The notes under the pieces are model-generated. The model was not told the DNA's origin. It saw only the letters and a program-made list of their open reading frames with translations, and made no database searches. A stretch of 64,000 bases of DNA from Tubiluchus corallicola (taxonomy: Eukaryota; Animalia; Priapulida). This document shows, piece after piece, positions 12,180 to 25,100 of this stretch. The translations under genes were made by a program, and so were the position numbers. The stretch is from NCBI GenBank assembly GCA_030141605.1, contig JAQGDQ010000527.1, positions 62,001 to 126,000 on the forward strand, written 5' to 3'. Numbering within the stretch: position 1 is the first letter of the stretch; each line of letters opens with the position of its first letter.

Positions 12180-13007
12180 GAATCCAGGTAATAAAGTCAC
12201 AGGTAAAAAGTCATAGGAAAAAGGAAATAACCCTAGGCCTAATCCTAACCCCTAATCCTGACACTATCCAAAATTAATTGCGGCTTTTTTCTGTGACCCT
12301 TTCCTACCCAAAGTTGTGACTTTTTTGTGACTTTTTCCTAGCCAAAATTGTGGCTTTTGTCTGTGACCCTTTCCTACCCAAAGTTGTGACTTTTTTGACT
12401 TTTTCCTAGCCAAAATTGTGGATTTTGTCTGTGACCCTTTCCTAGCCAAAATTGTGACTTCTTTTGTGACTTTCCTAGCCAAAATTGTGAAATTTTCTGT
12501 GACTTTTTCTTAGCCAAAATTGTGAAATTTTCTGTGACTTTTTCCTAGCCATAATTGTGAAATTTTCTGTGACTTTTTCTTAGCCAAAATTGTGAAATTT
12601 TCTGTGACCCTTTCCTAGCCAAAATTGTGACTTCTTTTGTGACTTTCCTAGCCAAAATTGTGAAATTTTCTGTGGCTTTTTCTTAGCCAAAATTGTGAAA
12701 TTTTCTGTGACTTTTTCCTAGCCAAAGTTGTGACTTTTGGCTGTGACCCTTTCCTAGCCAAAATTGTGGCTTTTGTCTGTGACCCTTTCCTAGCCAAAGT
12801 TGTGACTTTTTTTGACCTTTTCCTTGCCAGAATGGTGACATTTTCTGTGACCTCCTCCTAGCCAAAATTGTGATTTTTTTCCTAGCCAAAAATTGTGGGT
12901 TTTTCTGTGACCTTTTTGTAAGGAAAATTAGGACTTTTCTGTGACTTTTCCTAGCCAAAATTGTTGCCTTTTTCCATGACTTTTTTTCATATAGCTTTAT
13001 TACCGGT
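12180..13007. mobile_element. Non-autonomous element with an internal tandem array and a CCTAA-like motif
   Basis: Ends ggtaataaagtcacag ... tttattaccgg, cctaatcctaacccc near the left end, internal ~20-40 bp ctagccaaaattgtga/ctgtgac repeats. A related short copy lies at 42830-43062. Confidence 0.6.
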
Positions 13008-13112
13008 CACTATTAATTTTAAATTGATTATAAAGCAAACAGCTTTCTTATCTGTGCTAAAGATGAAATCTTTTATCTATAGATGTTAATCTTATGTTTG
13101 TCTGATATCCAG

Positions 13113-16100
13113 TTGGAAAGCATATTTAGCAAGAGTCGGAGTGAGCATCCCGGGGAAAAGTCCCAAATTGACACGACCATCTTGCTACACCTGTTTGGCA
13201 AGGAAGGAAGAGAGGTGTTGCGCTATGAAGATTTCCACAGGTGCCTGTTCTTATAGCATGAACAATAACTGTGTCACCATGTTTTGTCTTAGTTGATTAG
13301 ATGAACAAGCAATTAGCATTAAATTTTTCAAGTCAAATGTAATGAAAAAATATGTTAAAAAGTATAACCAAGTCTGAATTTGAACCTCAAGACAACAGGA
13401 TTACATTGTCTTTACATCTAAATCACTTAGGTTGTTGTAGGTTTTGTAAAATTGATGTTGAGACACGTCAAGGTAGTTCAGGTTTTTTCGACTTGTTTTG
13501 ATATCACATAAATGTGCAAAAGCAATACTAAATTAGAAGGTCTGAAAAGTTTTCTGCCTCAGTTTGGAGTCGAACCTAGGTCTTTGTCTATACGGGCAGC
13601 TGTGCTAACCATTATACTACACAGCTACCTTCCAGACTTTAAAATTTACTCTGTAAGTTACTAGACACCCTGGCTGAAATCCAGACTTAGTTCCAAACTT
13701 CATATTATATTTTACCCATGTGTAATTTTAAAACATCTGTAGTCCTTTATATTGTATGACATTATTTTTTTATTTTTCTTGTTCATAAGGTAAGATAAGA
13801 TAAGATAAAAAGTAAGGTAAGGTAAGGTAAGGTAAGGTAAGGTAAGATAAGACAAGGTAAGGTAAGGTAAGGTAAGGTAAGGTAAGGTAAGGTAAGGTAA
13901 GGTAAGGTAAGGTAAGGTAAGATGAGATAAGATAAGATAAGATCAAATCAAATTTATTCTGCTTTGTGGTAATCATACATCACCACTGTCATTTGGCTCA
14001 ACATTAAAATGTGTGCTTGCAAACCAAACTTCTCCACAAGTCTTCATAGTTAAAACTATGTTATGATGCTTCAAAGTAGAATGCACCAAAAATTTGGTCA
14101 AACGTCGATTTTTATTTTTTATGAAAACAAATGCTAAATATATTGGACTTCTATATTCGAGCATCAAATTATCAAGAAAATGTTCAAAAATACTAAAAAT
14201 CTAATTTTATATCCCCGTACTCACTTTTCTTACTAGAAACTAGTACTGCAATTGCAAAAATTTGTATTTTCAAACTCCGATATGACCTCTTGGAAGCAGT
14301 CATTTTGCTTTGGTTTTTTTCTGTTGCCAAGTCCAAATCTTCATCTGGAAGGGTTGTCTGGTGTACTTAAACATACTGTGTTCTTGCAAAGTCCACAGCA
14401 ACCAATATTTGTACATTTGCTAAGTGTTTTGTAGAAACCCAACAAAAAACAATGGCCGACTTTAACAGCGTTTTTCTCAAGATTGTATTTTTCAGTGCAC
14501 AGCCTGCACCTTAACTTCAACGTGGATTATCTCATCATAGAAGTAACATAGAGTGATGAACTTGGTATCAAAATGATCCTCATGAAATGGAGAGTTGGAA
14601 TATGTCAATAAGCTTAATTGCCAAATAATGAACGATTTTGCTATGCAAGCACACATATATACGCTACTTTGAATGTACGAAACAACGTGTGCACTTGAAC
14701 AAACATAATCATCAAATGAATGAAACAGTTACCTGTATATATATATGTACTTTGTGCATCAAGTATATCTTCATAATTAAATTTAGCCCGTTAATCTTGT
14801 AGCAACAGAATTATAATGATTATTTTACTATAAAGTAATATAAAATTAAACGGACAGCCTACCTATAACCTAATATTAATTACACATCCTGGAGACAAGG
14901 AAACTGATTGTCGCTTGAAGTTAACATTGAATTACCTTACTGAACTCGGGATGAAAGAATTCAGAAACCTAGTACTTTTACAAATATTACTTTTAAACCT
15001 GCCGGATTTCAGTTTCTCAAAATTTTATCTAAGATGGCAGGATGAGTCATTTACAATACGTTGTAGTTTTTATCGTTCTTTTTTTTCTATAAAAAGATCT
15101 TTCAGTTTTTGTACCCGAGTACTTCAGATGTTACAGGTAATGCCAGTAATTTTATTTAAAAAACATAAATGTCATCATTATAGGTTTTACACGTCAAATG
15201 TAGATACAGGAAAGTTCAAATGTGACTTAGGTAAGTCAAATGTAGACACAGGAATTTCGATGAAAAGATAAAATCAAATGAAAATTATATTTTACGGTCA
15301 TGGTGCTATCGGCAGCATCAATTTTTATTATATTTAATTAATTTGCAACTATTTGTATGGACGTTAATAAATTTTTCAAATGTAAAGAAAATGTTTATTT
15401 GATAAGAACACTTAAAAGTGTTGTACATAAATAAGTTAACAATTATACATTTATTAATATATACACCAATTCTACATTTTATTTGTCAACGTTTTAGAAA
15501 AAATGTCGGCAGAAAAGAATAAATCGGTTCCCACTTCCCAATGAACAGTGAATCACTAATTAGTTTTTTTAAGTAATGCATTAGCACTGCATTAATGAAT
15601 TAGTTTCTCTCAAGAAACATTGTTTATTTTAAGAATGTATTGTTTTCTCTAACAGTTCCAATGGTATGTAAAGTTTGCAGAATATTAGTGAACTATTAGT
15701 AGGCCTATAACGTTATTATTTTAACTTAACAGCAATTATTAAATTGAAATTAAAGAAGATTAAATTTAACATCCTTAAACTTTACCACCTGTCCACATTT
15801 GAGATACCAATGTCACATTTGACTTTCCAAAAGCGCTTAATATTTCTCGAAAACCATTGTTAACACATTTGAAATACCTACGTCTACATTTGAGTTACCA
15901 AGACACATTTGAATTACCTAAATCTACATTTGAGTTAACGCAGGTCTAGATTTGACATGCGAAACCTATAGTAAGATTCTGGTTCCTCGCAACCCTGCAG
16001 TACATGATAACAGATTGCACAATAGATGTGTGAAATAAAAGCATCGTCCTTGAATCAACTTGAATTGCTTTTCTGCAACGTATGTCAGAGTAACAGCTTT

Positions 16101-19100
16101 TAATTTCTGATCTGAATGCTATAAAAATACACAGAGCATCTCAGACTGATGCGTCTTGAAACAAACTTTTCCAGGTTCATGGCCAACTTGCAAAGTGAGG
16201 TTTTAGAAATTGAATTCACCGAATTTTCGCACGGCATGCAGACGATATCGGAGGCCGATTTCGCAAAAATACTTCTGCGTTATACAAAAGTTCGTGCCAC
16301 TGACCAGGAAGATTATATCGAACGTCTGCGGAAACGTATACCAGAAGAAAAGGTATTTGATACAAAAAAGATTATTAAACTTAGTTAAAGATAATGTTAG
16401 GATATGCTTGGGATGTAAGCTTTGTACATTAAAGATGTTAGGAGATACTTGAGATGTAAGCTTTGTACATTAAAGATAATGTTAGGAGATGCTTGAGATG
16501 TAAGCCTTGTATATTAATCTCTAAGCGGCCGACCACTTGCAGATTCGTTGCAGGTTCCATAGACACATCTGCATCTTGAAATTTTGATTTGTCCATGTTT
16601 TTAAATCCATTACTCGTGCGGCGGAAAAAAATTTGAGAAATGATCGCTTTTGAAGTAACGGTGCCGTTAATTCGTTGCTGATTAATGCGCACACGTTGCG
16701 ATATCAAAGCATCAATCCTGGAAAGCGGCGACATCTAGGCTTCTCACAGATGTGCGGCAAGCTGTGCTCTCATAATGCCTCATTCATGCTCCCCACTCAG
16801 AACTGAAGCCAGACTAAATAGCAAGCGCCAGGCAAGCGAGTGCCAGGACGCACCGTATCAACCGGATTTGTAACCACCAACGATTGATTGGCCTGTCACG
16901 ATGTGAGAGATAGGCTTCGCTGGTGTATATTGGCTTCCTGCCCATCAACGAAGAAGTGCTTAACCCTGGGAAACCTGTCATAAGCTGCGTTCTGTTTAAG
17001 GATGTCATTACTTTAGCTTTATTTTGATTTTATCAAGTGAAGAGTTGAAATGATAATAGTCTCACTGAAGCCAATTATTTCAAAGACAAATTGTATTTTG
17101 CTCTGCAAAGTGTTTGAAAAAGTAAATTATATTTGCTTAAATTAATTTTACCTGTAATTTTTATTATTGTATTTCTACTTTACAACCGACAAAGTTCGTG
17201 AAGGAGGAAACTTCCTGTGAAAAATAAACTATATTTGGCTCATTTCGTACTTGTACAACTCTCTTGTACTTAACTCGTTTTCCTAAGAATTTTCGTCAAC
17301 GTCAGTGGCAGCAAATTCAAGCTATTTGACTACAGTTGACATTGTGCCGTGTATTTGCTGCAGTATTCGCAGTAGAATGACACATTAGCAAATGAATTTG
17401 GAATTTCTTAACTAGTGAATAGCATTTTGCAGTTGTGTTAACTGTGAGTGAGTGCACGTCAGAAGTTCTTGTTAAAAATTATTCTTCCCTTTTGCCACAT
17501 TTCTTGTTTACTATTACTTTGGTTTTTGTATTTAATATTACTCAGGGGCGGAACTAGGGGGGAGCGAGGGGTGTCAAAATTTACCCCCCCTGGAAAATCG
17601 GACAAATAATTTTTTGCAGTGAAAATTGCAGTTCGCATGTAATCATTTTCAATATGAATTAGAATTAGGTAAAAAAAATGTTTGGTAGCTTCAGTGTATT
17701 ATTTTCTTAAAACTTGTGTGTGATAAATTTCTGTAAATAACAATTTAGTTAGAGGCACATTAATAACGTTAGGTTAACTGAGAGTTAATTTTCTCATTAT
17801 TGCTCTGTCCGCTACGCCGTCCTACACACATGCTAATTATAGGCCTGCATGCAGTATAAAAGGGGGTTAAAAATTGGCTTAACCATTATTTAACCACTTC
17901 GGATACCTTGCCCCCCAGAAAATTTTTGCGCCCCCCCTGCTTGCCACATCTAGTTCCGGCCCTGATATTACTGTATCAGCGTATATTTGTGTCCACATTT
18001 TGCTATACGTACTCATTGATTTCTTGTTCATCTTTGCTTCATTGTTTAACATTGTTGAAGTTTCTTCTAATGGTGTTTTTCTTTCCCGTGTCTGAGGACT
18101 ACCAGCCACGTGCTTCCGCAAGGCACAGATATCACACGTGCAAACCAAACGTGGCAAGCCTCCAAAATCGGCACCTGCTAGTTTTAAACACGGCGCCAAG
18201 CCGGCCCCAGATTCGCACTTGCTTCAGCCACCAATTAATCATGGATATTTCGCTAATTTGGCATGTTGTTATAAACTGTGGAAGAACTGCACGCTGCTGG
18301 TAAATCTTACGAACTTTGCTGCACAAGTTTCTTCGCAGCGGAAAACGAAAACTGAGAACAAAAACAAAATTGCATGTTTTGGCCATTTTTTCACCTCAAA
18401 GAAATTGTATTTTACTGACTCGGTTTGTTACTGATTGGATCCGATTTTGGGGTCAACCCTTGAGTTCGTTATTGGTTTGCAAATTGCAAATTCCACCAGT
18501 TTACTGGGAGCACCTATTCTGCTCTTGCTTCTCATATTTATGCTGGACGTTCCTAGATAGAGAACAACTGCCTAAAATTTCACTTTTTCCACGGGTCCTC
18601 TTATCTTTGGAATTCTTTGCAAGAATCGAATCTCTTGTACCTCGTTTTTCTCTTGGATCAAGTGGATGGGATTTGAAGACAGAATCTCCGGGTGTGAAGT
18701 CTAGCATCTTAAGCACTCTGCCGCCTCACTCCTCTTCAACATCCGTGTCTGCTTAAATTGCAATTCCAAGAAGGTTTTGTTGTGCTCTTATGTTTATGTA
18801 AAGTTGGTGAGAAGTGGTCAGAACTGGATTATGCTACTGCCAGTGACGGTTTGTAGCTAAAATTACTGGGGGTGCTGCTTCAGAAAATTTTTAGCCATTG
18901 TTTTAATACTGTGTAAAATGAAACAAACGTATGTAATTTTAATGTTGCAATTTGTAATTGTTATTTTAAACAAACAAACGTATGAAAGTTTACGCATGAA
19001 CTTGATAAAATCCTAAACAAAAAATATTTACTAATAGTCTAAATTATTGCAGTTCAAGCTTGATCCATTCACGGTAAGCATGTGATAACAACTGACAATA

Positions 19101-22100
19101 AACTGTGTGAGTAGCAGTACTTTCTCTACTTGGGCTCATACGCACAACAGCGTTGCTGGAGCTCACTGTGTTGGGCTGTGAAGCAAACAGTACTACTCTT
19201 ACATGGTCCGATTCCGTACAAGTATAAAGAAAGAAGTAAAGAAAAAAGACTTTTTATATTGAATATTATCGATAATATCGAGTGAAAATTGGGGGCGCTG
19301 CAAGTCGCCACTGGTCACTTCTGACTTGCCAATGCCCTTTCACTATCGTAAAATTTAATTTCTTCGACCAAAAATGTCACTTTACGGTTTTGCAAGAACT
19401 AAAAAAACGCCACATTTTTCTTTTCTAGTTTTATCATAGATTTCTTCCCTCAGCTAAAAGGAGAGAATCACTCTTAATCAGTGGAGCAAAAGTTGTTCAC
19501 AAAGATAGGTTTCCAGTGAGTTTGATGAGATGTGGCTTTTTCGTGACCGTGGCTATGACTATGATGTTTTGTCATTGACGCAGTACTGCTTGTTATGTTT
19601 TACAGGCTGGTCTGACAATAGAGAATTCGTGTGCTTAAATTTATGTTCATACAAGATTAGTTGCAGCTTAAAGCTTTAGGCCAGGGGTGTGCAAATTATC
19701 TGACTAGCCGGGCCACATTCAACTTTCCCGCAATTCCTGCGGGCCACAGGCAGTTTGATCAAGGAGCCAAGTACAGAAAGGCCTAATAATGATTTTGTTT
19801 TGCATCCGACCTGCGTACATCATTACTACTACACTCAAGAAACTATTTTAGAAGTTATTAAAATTTATATTACAAACCATATATTTCTACTTTCAGGACA
19901 GATAGTGGTAATTTCATTACAATGCATATTAGTAATGTGTATCACACAGTCTGTATAATACAGTGACATTAATCTACAACCATCTTGTAGGGGTTAATGG
20001 CATCCGATCTAGTAGAAAAAACTACCTGCACTATCTTTGGGATCGTGGCACGCACTTCAGCTGGATACACTCAATTAATCGCCCGGGCCGCACTTTCATT
20101 AGGTTGACAAATCTGTTCGCGGGCCGCGCAAATTTTCTCGGCAGGCCGCAATTTGCACACCCCTGCTTTAGTCTAAGGCTTTTGAATGCAAAGTTGCACT
20201 GTAAGATGGCTATGTTTATGGCTGTATAAAAATGTGCAATGAAAGGTGGCGGACGTAAAATGAACGTGATGTGTGTCTAAACGTTTGTATAAATGTATAT
20301 ATGTAATTGTAAGTTTGAGTAAAAATGAGAGAATTTAGATGTGGATAGCTTTTCTCATAGAAAATGTTTGCTTTTACTTTGGTTAAATCTTCATTAGCCT
20401 ATTTAAAATGGCTTCGTTTCCCTATTTAAAATGGCTTCATTTGCATATTTAAAAAGGCTTCATTTGCCTATTTAAAATGGCTTTATATGCTCATTTAAAA
20501 TGGCTTCATTTGACTTCATTTGCATATTTAAAATGGCTTTATTTGTATATTTAAAATGGCTTCATTTGTATATTTAAAATGGCTTCATTTGCATATTTAA
20601 AATGGCTTCATTTGTATATTTAAAATGGCTTCTGTTATTTGGTAGCCGCAGAAATAATTGTCTGGCATCAAGCGGCCTGCTAAGATATGAAAATATTTAA
20701 AAAAATTTATTCAAATGTTATTTTTTTCAAACTGATGTCCTTTAAACAATTTAGGATAACTGCGAAATTTGTTTATTTATAATTAATATGCTTTTTTTGT
20801 TTACACCTGCTTTCTGTTTCGGTATCTTGTTCGATATTGTACTTTATGTTTCTACGTGCGTTTAAAACTCCTTCAGGACTGTAAATATTTGCTGCCTTTT
20901 GACTGGGATCGTGAAAAACTACTCTCACTAACCAGCGATTACGTTATATTTGATCATTTTTGTATATTTCTATATCTCACACGATGGATTTTCATGCAAA
21001 ATTATGTATGAAATGCATTTGCTTGCCTTAGACACATTAAAAATTGATTTTTGACAAATATATTGAAAAAAAGCTTTCAGTAGCAATAGCGTACTGTAGC
21101 AAAGTACAGTAGCACTTGTGTAAAATTGGCTAATGCAGAAAATTTCAACTGTCCAGACACAACAATCCGATAAACTTTAGCCTCAAGTCTGCTCTGTTTT
21201 AAGGAGAAGTTCTTATCAAAACATGAAACGACCTTAATTTCTCCTTGGCTTATGGGTTGGCTTTTTCTGGAACTCTATACAGCAGAGGGTTCTCTTGGCT
21301 TGCAATAAGCAAGCAATCAATAAATTAGTGTGTACGCCAGACTAAACTACTCGATAGGCTAAGTTGGAGTGCCTGAAAAGAGCGTGTTTTTCTTAATTTC
21401 ATACAATTAAATCACTTATAAATGTTTAAACAAATAGCATGATTGGATAGCCTGTGAGATTCTCCTCAATAGAGCAGTACCCAATTTGCAATCATTTAGT
21501 TTTGTCTGTTCTGATACAGTAGCAGAAACGTCTTTTGAATAGCGTGGTCCTGAAGGAGTTAAAAAAGTTCATATGGTGTAACTGTGATGCATTTGTAATT
21601 AATGGATCGATGGCTGATACAGTAAGACTGGTTTTCTTGTATTAACTACAAATAATTATAATAATAATATCATTTACATTTGACATGTTTAATATTCTTG
21701 CTGTTTAAAACTCCATATTTGTTACTAGATAAAACTTGTATCATATTAATTCGGTTTGTGTGCAAAATGCTTTGCTAAGTAATTTTAATGCGGTGTTTTC
21801 CAATCATTTGTATGTGATAATGGCCCAAACTTATGACGATGCGACTGTGTGACTGTTTAACTTGCACTGAAGTACGTACATCGCGTTAAAGCATTAATTC
21901 TCTGTTGCTGTGTAACTTTAATACTCAGAAAAGAATCGTGCACTTTAAAGTTGTCGTTTGCCAAAAGTTCTGTACGTTTTTACCGAGAAGATTGCATAAC
22001 AGTTTTGAAATGACATCCAGCTCTATAATTGATCCATCTAATGCAACTCCTGTGGGATCAATGGGCAACCATATATTGAGCAAGTAAATGTGTAGTGCAG

Positions 22101-25100
22101 AATAACACACACACAAACACACACACACACACACGTGCGCATGCACGCACACACACGCCACACACACGCACACACATATACGCACACACACACACACAAA
22201 CCTGCTGTATTTGACAAGTAGTATAAGGCCTGTGTCACACAGAGAAAGCTTTAAGGAGTAAGTCATAAGGCGCCTTCCATCTTCCGTAAGGCGCTTGTTG
22301 TAATCCGCAGTATGCGCCTTGCTCTGTGTAACTAAGAAGACGTTCTGTTTTGCTGTAATCAGTTTTCTGCATCATTCAAAATGTCGGAAATGCGTCATCT
22401 ATGGGATCGAGTTGCATTATGGTTCGTAATGCAGCGTATTGAGAAACACGCACAATTGTATAATATGATTGACTGGTATGTTGCCTCCTGCGTGTGTAGT
22501 ATACATTTCTTATGTGCATTGTAGTAATACAGCAGTCGTAGAAAAGTGTTGCGAGTCTATGTCAAAGGTCACTTGCAACTCAGAAATTATTAAGAGTTAG
22601 AAACAACCCAGCAAAGCAACTTGGTCAACGTTTGGTCGTAAAGTCATCATTGAATGTCACAATGCTATAGCCAAGGTCCTCTAAAGTCCAAAGTCTTGTT
22701 TTTTAATTGATTTAATTCACGTAATCTTAAAGACGACGACTGATTTTGTCGATTGTGATCATCGTTTCTTTAATTACAGGGCATCACCTTCATAGATTTT
22801 AAACAGTTCTGTCAATTCCTCAACAACTTGGATGATTTTGCCATAGCTATGAGGCTCTACACGTATGCCAACCATCCAGTGACTCAAGGTATAAATATGA
22901 GTGAGCAGCTGAAATAGACATTTTGAATTTGCAAGTGTTGCATAATGATCTAGGCACGGGCCCTATTTCAAGGGGGGGGTTGAAGTGGGGATACTTCCCC
23001 GGGGCTTCACCCACCAGGGGGGCCTCGCGCCGAGGTAATTTTTTTTGGTTTTTGCGAACATACTGCCTCCTCTCCCTCTCTCTCTTGCCGCACGCGCGCC
23101 GTTTGCCTTGTGCGGCTCGCTGCCGATGTTCAGCTGTTTTCAATTTTGCAATTTCTAATACCAGCTTGTACGGAAGTGAGAGTACGGTATTACATAATGC
23201 AAAGATGTTGTTTTTGATTTGACTATTTGACAAGTATTAGGGACCAGTCTTGAGAATAAAGCAGTTTTTCTTTCAATTGTTCTTTCCTTTTACAACTGTA
23301 TAACTCCATATTTTCTCTTCGAAAATGCTTCTCTGGCATTCTATCAGTTCAAATTTGAATGTGCGTTGCAATTGTACGACTACTGCTGAATGTGCGGTGC
23401 AATTGTACGACTACTGCTGAATGTGTGGTGCAATTGTACGACTACTGCTGAATGTGCGGTGCAATTGTACGACTACTGCTGAATGTGCGGTGCAATTGTA
23501 CGACTACTGCTGAATGTGCGGTGCAATTGTACGACCATTGCTGAATGTGCGGTGCAATTGTACGACCACTGCTGAATGTGCGGTGGAATTGTACGACCAC
23601 TGCTGAATGTGCGGTGCAATTGTACGACCATTGCTGAATGTGCGGTGCAATTGTACGACCACTGCTGAATGTGCGGTGGAATTGTACGACCACTGCTGAA
23701 TGTGCGGTGCAATTGTACGACCACTGCTGAATGTGCGGTGCAATTGTACGACCACTGCTGAATGTGCGGTGCAATTGTACGACCACTGCTGAATGTGCGG
23801 TGCAATTGTACGACCACTGCTGAATGTGCGGCGCAATTGTACGACCACTGCTGAATGTGCGGCGCAATTGTACCTCCACTGCTGAATGTGCGGCGCAATT
23901 GTACGACCACTGCTGAATGTGCGGCACATTTGTACGACTACAACTGAATGTGCGGCACAATTGTACGACTACAACTGAATGTGCGGCACAATTGTACGAC
24001 TACAACTGAATGTGCGGCACAATTGTACGACTACAACTGAATGTGCGCTACTATTGTACAACTGCAACTGAATGTGCGGTACAATCGTACAACTACATCT
24101 GAATCCCAGTCTCATCTTTTGCATATTTGTGAATTTCACACTTTATATCATATCTTTCAGCTGAATTCCAAAGGTCAGTAAAGATATCTACAGGCTACAC
24201 TCTTAGCGATCACATAGTTGACACGGTTTTTCAAATCTTCGACATCGACGGCGACGGCAAATTGCATCATAAAGAATTCATATCCATAATGACAGACAGG
24301 TTGCATCGAGGCTTCCGTGTAAGTTCGTAACTGCACGCTTTCTTTCAGACAAGAAAAACAACTTTGCATCGTTTAAGATGGAAACATTGGGACTTAGTAG
24401 ACAAAAAGATTTGCTAAATATGGTGCATGTACGGCTAGAATTGAGACTGTTAGGTTTTTTAAGATAATTGAAATTTAAGTCTCATTTACTAGATTCACAA
24501 CTACTTATCCAAAGTTGTATTAAAACAATTTGATTGTTTTGTCACAACCGCTGAGCATGTGCACCTACTAGATTCACCACTACTTAACCAAAGTTGCATT
24601 AAAACAAATTGATTGTTTCGTCACAACCGCTGAACATCTGCACCTACTAGATTCACCACTACTTAACCAAAGTTGCATTAAAACAATTTGATTGTTTCGT
24701 CACAACCGCTGAGCATCTGCACCTACTAGATTCACCACTACTTAACCAAAGTTGCATTAAAACAATTTGATTGTTTCGTCACAACCGCTGAGCATCTGCA
24801 CCTACTAGATTCACCACTACTTAACCAAAGTTGCATTAAAACAATTTGATTGTTTCGTCACAACCGCTGAGCATCTGCACCTACTAGATTCACCACTACT
24901 TAACCAAAGTTGCATTAAAACAATTTGATTGTTTCGTCACAACCGCTGAGCATGTGCACCTACTAGATTCACCACTACTTAACCAAAGTTGCATTAAAAC
25001 AATTTGATTGTTTCGTCACAACCGCTGAGCATCTGCACCTACTAGATTCACCACTACTTAACCAAAATTGCATTAAAACAATTTGATTGTTTCGTCACAA

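Noticed and set aside
13553-18730. tRNA genes at 13553-13626 and ~18660-18730 (minus strand)
   Set aside because: Box A/B-like motifs are present, but there is no acceptor stem or cloverleaf; these are old SINE heads.
16520-18790. GC-richer patches with 100-146 aa ORFs in a MICU intron
   Set aside because: No recognisable domains or splice-consistent model; probably decayed repeats.
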